A stretch of DNA of 63,589 nucleotides, the filler included, from Intoshia linei (Eukaryota > Animalia > Orthonectida): the NCBI GenBank assembly GCA_001642005.1. It is 7 parts of 7 records of this genome, joined end to end, with 100 filler letters (N's around TTAATTAATTAA, not from the genome) between each part and the next. Parts side by side here need not be neighbours in the genome. Positions count along the whole stretch, not along the records: positions 20,756 to 48,820 come from LWCA01000420.1; positions 48,921 to 61,056 come from LWCA01001145.1; 5 more parts are not named here. One strand, written 5' to 3'. The notes below the pieces were generated by a model, which worked only from the letters and a program-made list of their open reading frames with translations, was not told where the DNA came from and ran no database searches. Position 1 is the first letter of the stretch. Each line of letters opens with the position of its first letter. Position numbers and translations under genes: made by a program. Of this stretch, positions 40,150 to 54,135 are shown in pieces.

Positions 40150-40605
40150 ATTTTACCAATATTGCAAATCATTGTAATAAATATAAAAATAATAATTACA
40201 AAGTTGTATTACTTTTAGTAATACATTGTTGTAATTTAAAATTTAATAATAATAATTTAAATTTTATACAAAATGATTGGAAAATAAGAATGAAAAATTG
40301 TTTAGCAATGAAAAAAATTGCAAAGGAATAAATTATATAGATTTTCACTCATATTTCTTTATTAGAAATATGTATACGTTCAATGCAGATTTTTTTTGAA
40401 ATTGTATTAGGATAAATATTTATTTTAATCGAAACATGTGAAAATATATTAAAAATTATTTTTCAGCGGAAATGCGTAGATTTCTGGGGTTGAAATGTTG
40501 CGTTTATATCAACTGAAATAAGCTCCATCAGAATAATATTCTTCTTAATTTTCTGACCGTTAATTATTGAAATCAACTATAACACACACATATTATATAA
40601 GTATA
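40150..40605 (-). mobile_element. Helitron-like repeat, inverted relative to 38640-39045
   Basis: AATGCGTAGATTTCTGGGGTTGAAAT (~40471-40496) is the reverse complement of ~38708-38733; similarity extends over ~400 bp. Confidence 0.65.
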
Positions 40606-40796
40606 ATTTTGAGTAATATTAAATATAGACCTCGGAAATATTTCATAATCATTTGAACCAAAAAAATATATTACTAAAAAGGGGGAGGTATCCAAAATGA
40701 GTTTGGGAACCCGTGATATAAATTATAACAGACAAACACTAATACACTTGCCTAAAAATAATATGATTACATAAAAAAGACTAACGAGAAAATTTA

Positions 40797-43156
40797 TTAG
40801 CCACTACTTTTAGAGACAGAAAGTAAAGCAGCTTTTCTAAAATCATCATTTAAATAAATGTTTGATTTTGAATTTATTAAAATTTCTTTTGCTTTTTTTG
40901 AATTACTACCAACAAATCTGACAATAAAAGGTATTTCAACGTTTAAAGTATCAATAGAATTTGATAAACTTTTGGCAATTAACGAACAATCGACAATTCC
41001 TCCAAAAATATTAATGAATATTGTTTTTACGGATTTGTGATTGATTAACAATTTGAAAGCTTCATTCATTTGTTCTTCCGTAACTTTTCCGCCTACATCT
41101 AGAAAATTTGCAGGCTTGCCACCGGCTAAAAATTTGAAATTATAAAATTGCTAAAAACTCAACAGAACTCTTTATTAGAGGAGTCAAATTTTTATATCAA
41201 AAGTACACACACTCACATTTTATTTTATTATTTAGTTTTTATGAGCAGATTTTATGATTTTTTAAATAAGAATGTAGCGGTCGTGTAAGGTTTGGGATAA
41301 AATCCCAACACAACTTTATAAAACTGTATACAGCCGAATAGTACACCAGTATTAATAATATACATGCATATTAAAGATGTTACCTATTAAATATTTAAAG
41401 TTATATTTCTATAACTACAATGTAATTAGTATGTTTACCAAGCTGAATTTCATCCATGGTAGCCATAGCTAAACCAGCACCATTGATTATGCACCCAATG
41501 TTTCCGTCCATACCAATGTAATTAATTCCGATTTCTTTCGCTATACTTTCATATTCGTCAGTTTGGCTATCCATAGTATTTTCCATGTTGAAAATATCTT
41601 TTTGTCGGTATAATGCGTTATCGTCGAAATTAATCTATTAAAGATGGTTGTAAACTTAAAATTTCAATATGAAATCAACCTTAAAAATTATAAAAATATA
41701 TTATCAATGACTAGGGTTGACAACTTCGTTATTTTTTCCCCTGAGACTTCGGGTTTTCAAATTCAACTCAGGGCTTAGGGTTAAGTGATATTTCTCAGGG
41801 TAATTTAATTATTTCAATCAAAATCATCAGATCAGACATATTTTATTTATATTGGATGAATTAGCGAATTACACACAAAATTACAATATGACATGTTATA
41901 AAATTATAAATACCGTGTTGTTAATATAATTCGTTAAGTATCACGAATAATCATCAATTATTACTTAATTACTCTATAATTCTATCTATTATAATAGATA
42001 GAATTATAAATAAATATCGATAATTATCGATATTTAACGTGAATACATCATTGTAATATGAGTCATCTATCTGAAAGTGAAAATCGTAAGAAGAAAAAAC
42101 GCTCGTAGTTAACATCTTTTAACAACGAATGGCTGAAAAAATCCGATTATCGAAAATAGTTAATAAAGGAAGTTTTTTGAAAAAGAAAGCCCCAAAAAAT
42201 TTTTTAAATAACAAAAAAAATAACACGCTTCAGTCAAATTTTGAGCTTCGCTCAAAAATTCAAGTTGAGGATAACTTAATGTTGGTGACCCTATCAATCA
42301 ACCACCGATAATATGACAAAATTGATCATATTAATTTAAAATTTAACAAATTACCTTGGCATCAAAGCTCACAACTTCACCATCAGGAGTTTGTCCTAGT
42401 GGATTAACTTCCAGCAAAGTTGCATCAACACTGATAAACATAGAGTACAAATTTTGGATTTGTTGTGCAGTGGCATTTAATACCATGTCATTACATCGAA
42501 AATCCAATTTTTTGGCAATTTCTATAGCCATGTCCCATGCAATAGAATTTTTTAGAGTATCTTCAACATTATGAATATAAAACTTGAAAATTTCATTTTC
42601 TGGTAAACTTTCAATATTTACTCCGCCATGTTTAGATGCTTAAGGATTAGGTAAAATTATAAACGAAAAAAATATAGTTACCAATAATTACAGGTGCACA
42701 AGATTCCCTATCTAATAGAATTGCTAAATATGCTTCCTTTTCTAAATCTAGAGCTTTGGCCACCATAACATTGTCAACGTTTAAACCTTTAGACCCTGTT
42801 TGCTTAGTAATGAGAGTGTTTCCCAACATTTTTTGAACAATTGCATTTACAGAGTTTTTATTTTTAGTGAGATGAACTCCACCTTGAAATCCATCCTTAA
42901 AATGACCTTTTTTTCTTCCGCCAGCCAATACTTGAGCTTTAATTACGTATTCATTACAATTCAAATTTTTCAATTTTAGAGTTAAATCCTCCTTTAATTT
43001 AGCTGTTATAAAAAACGGTTGAATGTTTATACCGTAATTATTCATCAAATTTTTACTTTGATATTCATGCAAGTTTAAGTTACGTTTAACTTTACATATT
43101 CCATCTTTTACTCGTAAAACTGTTCTTCCTAGAAATGGTACACGATTTGTCAACAT
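40797..43156 (-). CDS. SUCLG2: Succinyl-CoA ligase [GDP-forming] beta subunit, mitochondrial
   Basis: Exons 43156-42682, 42638-42355, 41634-41439 and 41125-40797. Motifs LNLHEYQSK, KAQVLAGGR, EVNPLGQTPDGEVVSFDAK, FDDNALYRQKDIF, NGAGLAMATMD, GGKPANFLD and INIFGGIVDC; closer to the GDP than the ADP form. Confidence 0.92.
41712..42293. mobile_element. hAT-like MITE in SUCLG2 intron 2
   Basis: Ends TAGGGTTGACAAC / GTTGGTGACCCTA; flanks TCAATGAC/TCAATCAA (6/8). Confidence 0.65.
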
Positions 43157-43369
43157 TGTAATAAATTTATATTTATTTTAATGTTTATTTCATTTATTTT
43201 AATCAATTTTATATTTATTATAGAAATTATAATTTGCAAGGTTACCCGGTGTTGTGGAATAGAATGAGTTTTTTTGAAAATTTCGTTACAATTGTGACAC
43301 AGTAAATTTATAGCCTAATTTCACTTCTGACTATATTCTAGAATCTAAATATACTACGAGGTACTAATA

Positions 43370-43644
43370 AGGGCTGTTTTCATTAAAAAAGGGTAATTTG
43401 GGGTTTTGACCCTGAAGATATATTTTTTTAAATTTTCGAATTCGTTTGATCTTAAAAAAAACAATTGGGCTGTTTGATTTGTAAAATGTGAATTAAGGAG
43501 GTTGAAATTTATCTTACTACACCCGGAAAAAACTGTAATATTGTGTATTTGAAAATAATGTGGTATTTATAAAATTGTAAGACTGGTAGTTATTGAAATA
43601 AACAATAAAAATCAGACAAACAAAGCATATTATATAAATAAGGA
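43370..43644 (-). mobile_element. Helitron-like repeat fragment
   Basis: GACTGGTAGTTATTGAAATAAAC...ATAAGGA end shared with 18317-18396. Confidence 0.6.
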
Positions 43645-43645
43645 T

Positions 43646-43960
43646 TGTAACGATTGGTAGAGACGAACTTAGATAAGTTCATCTTAAATAAAAAGATGTC
43701 AAAATCGGGATCCGAACTAGAACAACCACTCTCCAAAAGTATTAAATATTTAGTAAATTTGCACTTTTAGCTCATTTGCACAGCAGCTGATAATATTGAC
43801 TCAATATTCAATATGACTAAATTTATAAGGCACAATGTATAAAATATTGTAATACCTAAAGATAAGAATATAAATATACTAGCATACATAAAACTAACAT
43901 TAGTTATATCAAAAGTAAATATTCGAATCTCGATTAGTATGATAACGATATATCATTACA
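43646..43960 (-). mobile_element. tRNA-containing LTR-like repeat, copy 3 (rearranged)
   Basis: Reads TGTAACGAT...ATCATTACA on +. Partial A and B boxes remain, the central hairpin is deleted, and ~160 bp of unrelated sequence is inserted. Confidence 0.75.
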
Positions 43961-44708
43961 GTATAGTCACATCAGATAAATATATCACCCTGCTATGATA
44001 AATTTAATGAAATTTTATTTACATAATAATAAACATTTAAATTTTCACCAATATTTGATCTAATTATTCATTTCATCATTGTATTTTAATAATTTCACAT
44101 AAAAAACAATGTTGCTGTTTTGGGGACTATTTATAATAGCTATATATTCTACGAAAGCTGGTGTATCAGACTTAAGAGGTATATTATGATATTTATTTGC
44201 AACGAATATTTGAATTACTAATTAATCATTAAATTTAAATTATTTAATATTATAAGATTTTTGTTTCATTGTAATATACAGTCTAAGTCCTTATTAACGG
44301 AATTGAAAATTCAGTAATTCCGTTAATATGGAATTTTCACTATAATAACAACCTTTGTTAAAGGAATTTAATTTTTTTAAATAAAAACCATGAAATTGAT
44401 AGTAATTATTTGTTATTAGTTCCATCTAATTTAATATCTATAAAAAAATTTGATAAAGAATTAATAATAATATGTGTAATGTAACAGATAAATAATCTAT
44501 AATATTTATTGAATTAAATAATTATTAATTAAGTTAACCTATAATAAATTATTTCATTCGATTTTAATGTGTGATTTGATTTGAGTAATAATGTGTGTGG
44601 ATGATGAGAATAAAGTATGTACTTTATTAACATTACAATAATAGTAAATTATTACATTTTTGTAAATTTAATTATTTATTGTTAATTGAATCAATTGACT
44701 TCTAATTA

Positions 44709-45349
44709 CAGGGTGTACCATTTAGAAAAGTGCACTTGTTAAAACATTTCATATTATGAGTGCACTGACGAAATAAAGAACAAATCAACTGTACAAAAAC
44801 AAGTTCATATTAATTTTTTGAAATGTTAACCACGAGTGAAAGAATATTTTTTGTTGAGCTATTAATCGAGTTTAAAACATTCCGTACTTCATTAATATCC
44901 ATGAATTTGTTAAATCAAAAATTCGACAAAAAAATAATATCAAAAAGTATATACCAAAGTCTCCTGATATAACGCTATGTGATTTTTATTTGTGGGGAAC
45001 AATAAAATCTGAAATTTATAAAAATTTCCCTTCAAATATAGAATTCGTAAAAACCAATATTATTAACAGTATTAACTCAATTGTCACTCAAGAATTATCT
45101 AATGTTTACAACAATTTCCTTAAACGCATTAATTTATGTATCCAATCTGATGGTGGTCATTTTGAACATTTATAGTAAATTAAATAATTTTAAGTTTCTA
45201 ACTTTTTCTTAAATACTTAAGATAAATACCCAAATAATTTTATTATTGATGTAATTATTATGTGAGTAATAATAATTAATTTTTACAGTCAAAATGTTAT
45301 TTAATAAACTTCTTATTTTCAAGTGCACTGTTTTAAATGGTATATACTG
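44709..45349 (+). mobile_element. Internally deleted Tc1/mariner (rosa/DD41D-like) element
   Basis: TA|CAGGGTGTACCATTTAGAAAAGTGCACTTG with an inverted counterpart at the right end. Encodes MLTTSERIFFVE and PKSPDITLCDFYLWGTIKSEIY...GGHFEHL*. Confidence 0.8.
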
Positions 45350-45901
45350 TTTATATTCAGTATCTGCTTTCAATGAGTAAAAAATAACAATTTTCTTTTA
45401 ATAATTAACAGAATCAGCATTTTAGAAAAATTTTTAGGATGATTTTTACCATCATTGCAAAGCCTTGTAATAAATGTAAAAAAAATAATAAACTTTTACT
45501 TTGTAGTACTTCATTGTTATAGTTTTGTAATAGGAACATTTCAAATAATGTAAAGTTTTAAAATGAACAATGTTCATTGAACACTGTGTATAAGATTTTG
45601 AAATTGAAAATTATTATAATATTGATAAATTTAAAACTTTTTTGAACTCTTTTGAATATGTATTTTTATGTGAGAGATTTAAATTAATCAATTCACTGGA
45701 ATCGGCATTTTTGCAACAAACCATTCTAGATTATGTTATTTTACTCTAAAATACACTATCTTGTAGATGTGCACTAATCGCCCTTGATTCTTTAATAAAT
45801 GTATACAGAGTATACTAATTTTAATTTAATAATGGTTTTTGTAGAATTAGAAAGTTGTAATCAATTTATAAACTCATAATATATTTATATGCTGTATATA
45901 A

Positions 45902-46582
45902 CAGTGGTTTTCAACCGGGGGGTCGCGAAATTTATCAGGGGGGTCGTGAGAATTTGCATTTTTTATGAATATATTTTTTTATTTTAATATATAATATTGA
46001 CAGTAATAATGTTAAGGAAATATTTTTACACTCTGTATTACAATTTTAAATGTTCTTCTTCACTCAATATATAAACCACATATTACCGATAAAATACAGG
46101 ATGAAGTAATAGATTTAATAAATGATTCCACTGCACGTAATAATATCTATGAAAAACCACTAAGTACTTTTTTGTGTGATATGATTGATTTATAATTAAA
46201 TGTATTTACGATTGCTTTGAGATTGCTACTACCTTTACCGTCAACTTATCTGTGTGAAGCAAGATTTTATACGCTTGTTTATATAAAAACAAATTCAATA
46301 AACAGATTGAATGTTATGGATAATATGAGGCTCGCCTTATCGCATACACTGCCCAGAATATCAATAATTGTATCTAAAATGGAACCTCAAATTTCACATG
46401 AAGAAAATAAATTTAGTTATTACAATAATATATTGTACTGAGTAGCGCTCAGTGAGCACAGTATAAAATATAAATAAAACTAAATATGATTTTTTAATAT
46501 TTTCATTTATGTGAAGTGATATGATATTTGGAGTATATAGAAAATTTTTGGGTCGCGAACATAAAAAGGTTGAAAACCAATG
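45902..46582 (+). mobile_element. Buster-type hAT deletion derivative
   Basis: TIRs CAGTGGTTTTCAACC / GGTTGAAAACCAATG and perfect TSD GTATATAA. ORF PSTYLCEARFYTLVYIKT..NRLNV..MRLALS. Confidence 0.9.
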
Positions 46583-47279
46583 GTATATAATCAAATTAAA
46601 ATCCGTTATATATTAAAATGTTAAAATAAAATATTTATTATTTTTTTGTTGTATAATATTTAATAGTTATTTACGGTATGTATTTATTTACATATTTATT
46701 TATATAATTATTATATTTATATTTATATTATATTTATATTATATTTTTATTTATTATTATTATATATTTATTTACATTATAATAACTTAGCATATATTGA
46801 CATTATTGCATTTTTAATAAGAGAAGTTCTCAACTAAATCAAGTTTTTTTGTCTAAAAAATATTAATTTTGAATTAAATTATTTTTTACATTATAATCAA
46901 AAGTTAAAACTGATAAACCATCAAATCGAAAAATTTAAATATTTATTAGTTCTTTGTAAGTAAAATTAATCTTAATTTTCAAAATTGTAAACAAATATAA
47001 AAACACTGTATTTGATTATAAATTATTTATTAAAAATGTGATTTTCTTTTTATAATTATAAAAAGTAGAGATTTTTTTTAAATGAGGAAGAATTAAAATT
47101 TCTACAGATAGGTTCTTTATACTAAACTGTAGTGATTATCAGATTTGGATTCGCGCAATCTAGGATGCGGATGTATTGTAAAATATAAAAGTACAATATA
47201 AAAAGTAACGACAGAACGTGGACAACCTTGGACTTTCATAAAATAAATACTTATCCATGATTTAGTTGATATAGTAGAC

Positions 47280-48173
47280 CTCGGGTTCTCAACCTTTTTC
47301 AACCAACCAATGTACGCCCCATTACACCATAATTCATAAATTTCAAAATAAACACCCACATCATAAAAAAAAGGTAAATAATACAAACAAAATAAAAATA
47401 ATATAATATTTCTATTTATATAATAAGTATAAATTAAAAAAAACACAATTAATGTAGGACATTTAATTGTGGAGATAATCGATGGGTAAATTATAAAAAC
47501 AAATTGATAAAAATGTTTTATTTATTTCCATGTGATCCTTGCGCCTAGTGATTGAGTGCCAACTGTTTAATTCTTGGTTTTATTCTGGTTAATTTCATAA
47601 CAATATCTCCTCTTTAACAAATATTAATTTTGTTTCTATCTTTAGTCAATATTTTATTAACAGAACTTAATCCACTTTCAACCATGTAAAAGGTTGAAAA
47701 ACACAATAATATCCTTGACATTTCTGAATGCATCAGTGGAAAAAGTGATTCTGAAGGCTCACATCCCCACAATGAAAAATTTCCACCTTTCTCAAAGGAA
47801 TAATTCTTCAACAACTGTACAGTGGGCATCATTAATGTTGCAGTTAAATGGATCTATCATCCATGAATGAGTTTGAAAATTAAATAAATCCTTGAATCTA
47901 TCCTCAAAATCTTTTAATGTTATCAAATGATGGCAATAATGCAATATGTCTTCATCTGATATGGAATTTTGTATATTCAGCATATTATCAAAATTCCTAT
48001 CTCTCATATTTCTGGGAAAAACTTTAATTTTTTTCTTGAATGCTTAAAATTTTTTTTGTCGACAATATGAAAAAAACATATTTGAAATTTTTAATAATAT
48101 TATTTCCAACGCCCCTCCTCCTAAATTTTGAAAACGCCCCCTGGGGCGCTACCGCCCACGTTGAAAACCACTG
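47280..48173 (-). mobile_element. Buster-type hAT deletion derivative
   Basis: Perfect TSD TAGTAGAC; TIR GTTGAAAACCACTG. Minus ORFs FEDRFKDLF..WMIDPF and FSTFYMVESGLSSV. Confidence 0.9.
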
Positions 48174-48637
48174 TAGTAGACTATACATGACCATATCAAT
48201 AGTTGTATGTATGTTCGCAAATATTGGACTAAGGTTGAAGGTCCGATGTAAGTTGATGGTCCATGAATTGACTGATGTAGTTAATACATTACAGTTGATA
48301 TTATTATATCTCGATAAATATCAAGTCTTACAATGGAGAGTCGCGATGTGTCATTTGAAAAACTTAAGAATTATTGAATTATACTAATTATCTATTCATC
48401 TTAAAATATACTTTTTAGATCACAGTAATGTTAAAACTGATTTATATAATTCTATATATATTTTATTATTCAGTCAAGTTAACGAAATACACTACACGAA
48501 ATGTAGACGGGATGCTTTTACAGAGTGTGCACAATAGCTCGTATCTCAGTGCACAACACTGTATTATTATTACTTGGGAATATTTTATTAATTGAATTTT
48601 ATTAGTAGAATTTGTCTGTATATTTGAGCATTTAGAG

Positions 48638-48820
48638 CAGGGGTGCACAACCTTTCCACCATTTCGGCCCCAAAGCTACTTTACTCATCGATACTACGGC
48701 CGCACAAAAATTCAATACAAAATTGTTCCAGTATAAACCGATCAGTTGATAAATTAGTGGAAGACTTAAACACAATAAAAATAAATATATATTAATATTT
48801 AATAATTAAGATATCAGTGA
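48638..48820. mobile_element. hAT MITE end, cut by a gap
   Basis: CAGGGGTGCACAACC TIR, same family as 49967-50272. Confidence 0.7.
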
Positions 48821-49966
48821 NNNNNNNNNNNNNNNNNNNNNNNNNNNNNNNNNNNNNNNNNNNNTTAATTAATTAANNNNNNNNNNNNNNNNNNNNNNNN
48901 NNNNNNNNNNNNNNNNNNNNTTGCACTAGCTTTACTCTTATTTGCATCGTACAAATAGTAGCTAGTTCTGACAAGAATAGATTTTTTAATTATACTAAAA
49001 ATTAATTTTTTCACTTATAAAAAATTGAATTGTTGTATTTCTTTTGACAAAATTAATAGCTCTACATATACAGAATTTTTAGTAAATTCACTAAAGGTGA
49101 TGCAATATCAAAAATGCCATTATAGAAATGTGATATTTACAGTCAAAAACTTGTTTTTTAGTTTTATGTCAAAAAATTTTAATAGTTTTGAAAAATAACA
49201 AATCTTTATATTATTATATTATTATAAGTTACATTTTCATATCATATTCAACACAAAATGCATTTACTATACAAATAACTTGAATATAATATGTAATTTT
49301 CTAAATAAATATTCAAATGAATGATAAAATAAAACGAAATGTTATTAGTATTGCTTCTAAAATTAATATTATTAAAAGATATACACTTGGAAAAGGAAAA
49401 ACCTAAATTTATTTTTCTAAATTATAAAGTAAACTTAAAAATCAATTTGTCCACAATTTACGCGTAACTTCAACGCGAATTCGATTAACGCGGTTAATAT
49501 TTTGGCATTATAGTTATTATTGCTTTAATTTCAAAAAAAATATATTTAAAATACAGAAACTGGGGATCTGAATAATTACATGTAATTTTAACCATGTAAT
49601 TGATATATTTTGTTTTTAAATAATTGATAGGCAATTTTTGACTTTTAAAGTTAATGATCAACTATCATATAATATATCATTATAGTTATATTAGTGCATT
49701 TGAAAAATTTTAATGTGAAAAAAAATCCGCTATAATCAGATCTCTGTTGTTAGTACAAAATTATTAAAAATTTAATTATATAAGTATCAATCAAGTCATA
49801 ATATATAAACCATGCAAATTAATGATTACTTTGTGCGTGCAATAATATTGAAATCGAAGATAGTAATATCAAAATTAGTATCATGTTTTAAATTGTAAAA
49901 AAGTTTATTTATTATTTACAATAGTATACAAACATAAATTTATACAATGTATACGATACATTAGGG

Positions 49967-50272
49967 CAGGGGTGCACAACGTGCGGCCGTACAGCCGTAA
50001 GCAATACATTTAATGATAATGCAATATATCATTCTACTTTAAATTAATAAAGTATATGAATAATTTAAGGATTAATTTTAATTAAAAATTATTAACTGAA
50101 TATTATTAATTAAAACTTGCCGATATTAAAATTTAAAGAAAACTATATTATTAGACCTAAAATTTAAGTTTAGATTAAACTTTCTCAATGTCGAAGTAAA
50201 TGTTGTGCGGCCGTAGTATTAATTAAAAAAGTAGCATTGTGGCTGAATTGGTAGAAAGGTTGTGCACCCCTG
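49967..50272. mobile_element. hAT MITE (306 bp)
   Basis: TIR CAGGGGTGCACAAC; TSD CATTAGGG/CATAAGGG. Confidence 0.88.
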
Positions 50273-51430
50273 CATAAGGGTGTTTCACATAATGGAATCT
50301 CTCTTAGCCTTAGTAAAAATTAGTTTAGTATTATAATTACAAACATCATGTCAGCATTAAAATCTGCAAAAATTGTGGGGTTAAGTTGTGCACGACGTTT
50401 AAAGTTTTTAACTAAATATTAATTTAAACATGTATATTATAGTTTATTTTGTATAATATTTTCATAATTTATACATATTTTTCATTTGGAGTTTAAATTA
50501 AACTGAATCTAAGTTTTGAATAATTAAAGTTAAATGAGTAGTATTAAATAACAAATATATTTATTTAATATTGGATAAAAAAATGAGTGTAAATTTTGAT
50601 GGTCGTGGATGTAAAAATTTGTCAAATTAAGTAGTTGAGTAATTGGTGATATATGTCCAATGCGAAGAAAATAGAAGCCTTGCAATTGATGTTTATCTAA
50701 ATTAATTCATGTATTTTTAATTCATTTAAAAATTGGAATTGCAGCCACAATTTTATGTGCTATAAAAGATACCATTGAAATGTACAGTGTAGTAGAAAAT
50801 ATTTACATTATTATATGCAATACATGCAACGTCAATACAGGGGGAAAATAGAGTGATAAAAATGTTACATCATAACGTATTGAATTAAAATGTTCAATAT
50901 TATGGCAAATTTTTTGTTTTAATAAAATAAAATCGAAATAAAAAAAATGAATATTAAATTACAGTTTGGACCGTGAAGATGTCGCTTCGATACAACATTA
51001 ACATCTGTATTTTTTTTTAAATTCTAGAATTGTTTTCATTTAAAAAAAAATAGTAATGTGGGGTTTTGATCGTGAAATTCATTTTTTTTAAGGTTTTTAT
51101 ATATGATGATGTTAATGATTGTAAAAATTATTTTAGAAATTATGTTTAAAAAAATTTTAAGACATGTTTTATTTTTAAAATATAGGGTAATTTGGGGTTA
51201 TGATCATGAAAATATGCGTTTATGAGGCTGAGATTAACGACAATGGTAATGATTTTAAATTGCGTTCCAGAATGTATGTTTTATTAAATTTTTGGATAGA
51301 TTGTGGGTTGATTTTTATTTGAAAAAAAAGGGGAAATTGGGTTTTTTTAAATTCTGCGACTGTCAATTTTTTCAATAAATAATTACACAGACATTTATTT
51401 TTTCATAAGTAAAGGATTATAGTATATTTA

Positions 51431-52069
51431 AAGGTAATTTATAAGAAATTTACAAGAGCATTGATTATTTAATTAAAATTCACGTCAATGTACCCAAATT
51501 TAGTCCAACAATGTTTGAGGTACCTTTTACAATTTGTATGTCTTTGGTAATTTCATATTTATAATTTGTTTGGGTGTCTGATTGTAAATTACACAATTAA
51601 TTTTTACTTGCAACATGTAAAAGTTGTTAGAAATATGTAGTAACATGTAAATAATTATTTGTCTAAAAGTTAAAAAAATGATTATTCTTATGTGGTTTAA
51701 TCCAAACAATTACATGTATCTACTAAAATTTTTACTTTGAAACTTACGTATTCAGTACGTAGTTATCTTAGTCTCCTAAATTGATTGCTATACAATTTTT
51801 AAGTTTGAATTGTACATTAGTTTTAAATACATTTTTATTTTGAAATTTATTTAGATTTTGATGACATTTCTTAATTCGACAAATGTCTTTAAATTAATCA
51901 TCAATAAATACAATGATTATTTTTAAAACTAAATATTTAGTTGGCGGTTAAGCCAATAGTAGCAACAATTTAAGAGAAAATAACGGATCCTGAAACATTG
52001 CATGCTTACGTGAATATCTTCACAGTGATAATTGAAAAATTAAAAACGTCTTATTCGAAACAAAAATAA
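51431..52069 (+). pseudogene. 5'-truncated globin pseudogene
   Basis: 51431-51836 closely matches 60666-61056 (exon end plus intron). Last exon 51941-52069 reads LAVKPIVATI*EKITDPETLHAYVNIFTVIIEKLKTSYSKQK* with an in-frame TAA at 51971. Confidence 0.8.
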
Positions 52070-53344
52070 TACAATAAATAAATTCAATGTTATTATAATA
52101 GCCGCACTTGTTTCTAAACCAATCTGTATTTTAATTAAATATTGATTATATCAGGGCTTTTTTTTAACATATGAAAAATGTACTACCAGTTTAATGTTTA
52201 CCAAATTATAATGAAAATTAAGTAATTTGAATAACTTTAGTGTCAAAAAAGCAGTTTAGAATTCATTTTTTTTTCTGAAACTATTTTATTAAAACAAAAA
52301 ATTTGAAATAATTAAAAAAAGACATTATTTTGATACAGCTTATTCCACCTTATATAGACACAAAATTTCAACCTTAGAAATATACGCACTACCGGTGAAA
52401 AATAATTTAATATTTTAGTATTACTCAAATGTTTCTATTAACAATGCAAATATTCATTTTATAATTTCAAAAAAAATATGCATTAAACGGCTACAGCGCT
52501 ACAAGATAATTAAGTTAAACGTTAATTAAGTGGAGCAAATATCTATATATGAATTTTTTTGGAAAATTTATAAAAGTATATTTTTGAACAAAGATTTTTA
52601 TGAAATATGACAATTTTCACAGTATAATTTCAATAAATATAATTATAATAATTTATTATAACGAATTATAATTTAATAAATGTTAAAATATATTTAATAT
52701 TCATATAAAGATTCAATTATATGATCATGGTAATTAAATATACATGCAATAATAATATACTAGCTTGATTGTTATGTATTTAGACTAAATTTTAGTCTAA
52801 AAAGCACATAGCTTTGCTAATATAACTTTTTTAATTTTAAAAAAAACACATGTCTGATTTATCCATCTTACCATTTGGTTTTATCAACGCATTAAATAAG
52901 TGGTTACCAAACTTATTATACTTATTTTGTTTTGCTAACATTTTTAATAATAAAAAAATTATGGCAACATTTTTTTTTCGTAGTTGCAATGCATTTGTTA
53001 TAATTTTAAGATATAACATATATCATGTAATACTAATTATATTAATTAAAAAAATCAAAAAGAAATTGTATATTTTAGACACACTTCACAAATAAATTTT
53101 TTATAATTTTTAAAAAAATATATATAATTTCAAAAAAAGACATGAATAAATATGAACCGAGTCAAAATATTTTAAATTCTTCTACTCAAATATTTTTTGA
53201 GATAATTAAAAATAATTGTGTTAAGTATATAAAATTAAGAGTAAAACCAATTTAAAAATGATAAAATTATAAATTATCACTTTTGAGAATATTTTATTAC
53301 CGTAGATACTATTTATATTTCTAACTATTTTTATATATGTAGTA

Positions 53345-54135
53345 CAGTAGTTCTCAACTCGTGTTCCGCGAAATTTAATTGGCATTCCGTGAAATATAAA
53401 TGCTATATTTTTTAATTTAAACTTTTTTAAAATAAAAATTTAAAAAATATAAATTGAAAAGTTTCTAAATTAATATAACCAAAAATCATATTTTAATATG
53501 CTTTTTTAATTAAAATAAATACGATCAGTTAACTTAATTAAAATATTTTTTGTGTTTATTTTAAATTACTTTTTTCAGAATTTAAAAAAAATATTTATTT
53601 TAAGCCAGTTTGTATTATTTCCTATAATTTAATTCTGCATTTTAATATATTCAGTACTTATTTTGTTCAAAACAAGTCATAAAAAGTTCTTATCGTTAAG
53701 TATTAACTAGGAAAGATCCAAATTATAACATATCACATAAGTAAAGTCTCAGATAAGGTAAATATATAGTATTCATAGTTCTCATCTCCATTCAGAATTT
53801 CCAATTTCTATTTTCATTTCTAAAAAAATGCTCCCCAGATCATTACAAATCCGCCTCCGCTTTGCTGTGTACAATAAATTTGTTTCTCCCCTCTCAAATC
53901 ATGCCAATAACTGGAAGCCATCAAGACCGTCTAGATTCAACTTTTATTCGTCCGAAAATATGACAAAATTCCAATTTTCACTTAAATCAACATACTTCCT
54001 GGCCAAAAAAAAATCCTACTTTATTTTTGAAAAATTAAATTGTAGATAAAGATATATTTATTATAATTTTATAAAAATTCTCACAGCGTCGCCTTAGCGC
54101 CACTACTATTTGAGCGCTTATTTTGAGAAACACTG
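53345..54135. mobile_element. hAT-ended composite containing a Tc3-like transposase fragment
   Basis: Ends CAGTAGTTCTCAA / TTGAGAAACACTG. Minus strand ~53820-53975 reads WNFVIFSDE*KLNLDGLDGFQ..WHDLR..QSGGGFVMIWGAF. Confidence 0.7.

Noticed and set aside
38841-40331. Similar short ORFs containing NNNxKVVLLLVI
   Set aside because: By-product of the inverted repeat copies; no coding signal.
50233-50262. A-box-like TGGCTGAATTGG
   Set aside because: Subterminal part of a hAT MITE, with no B box.
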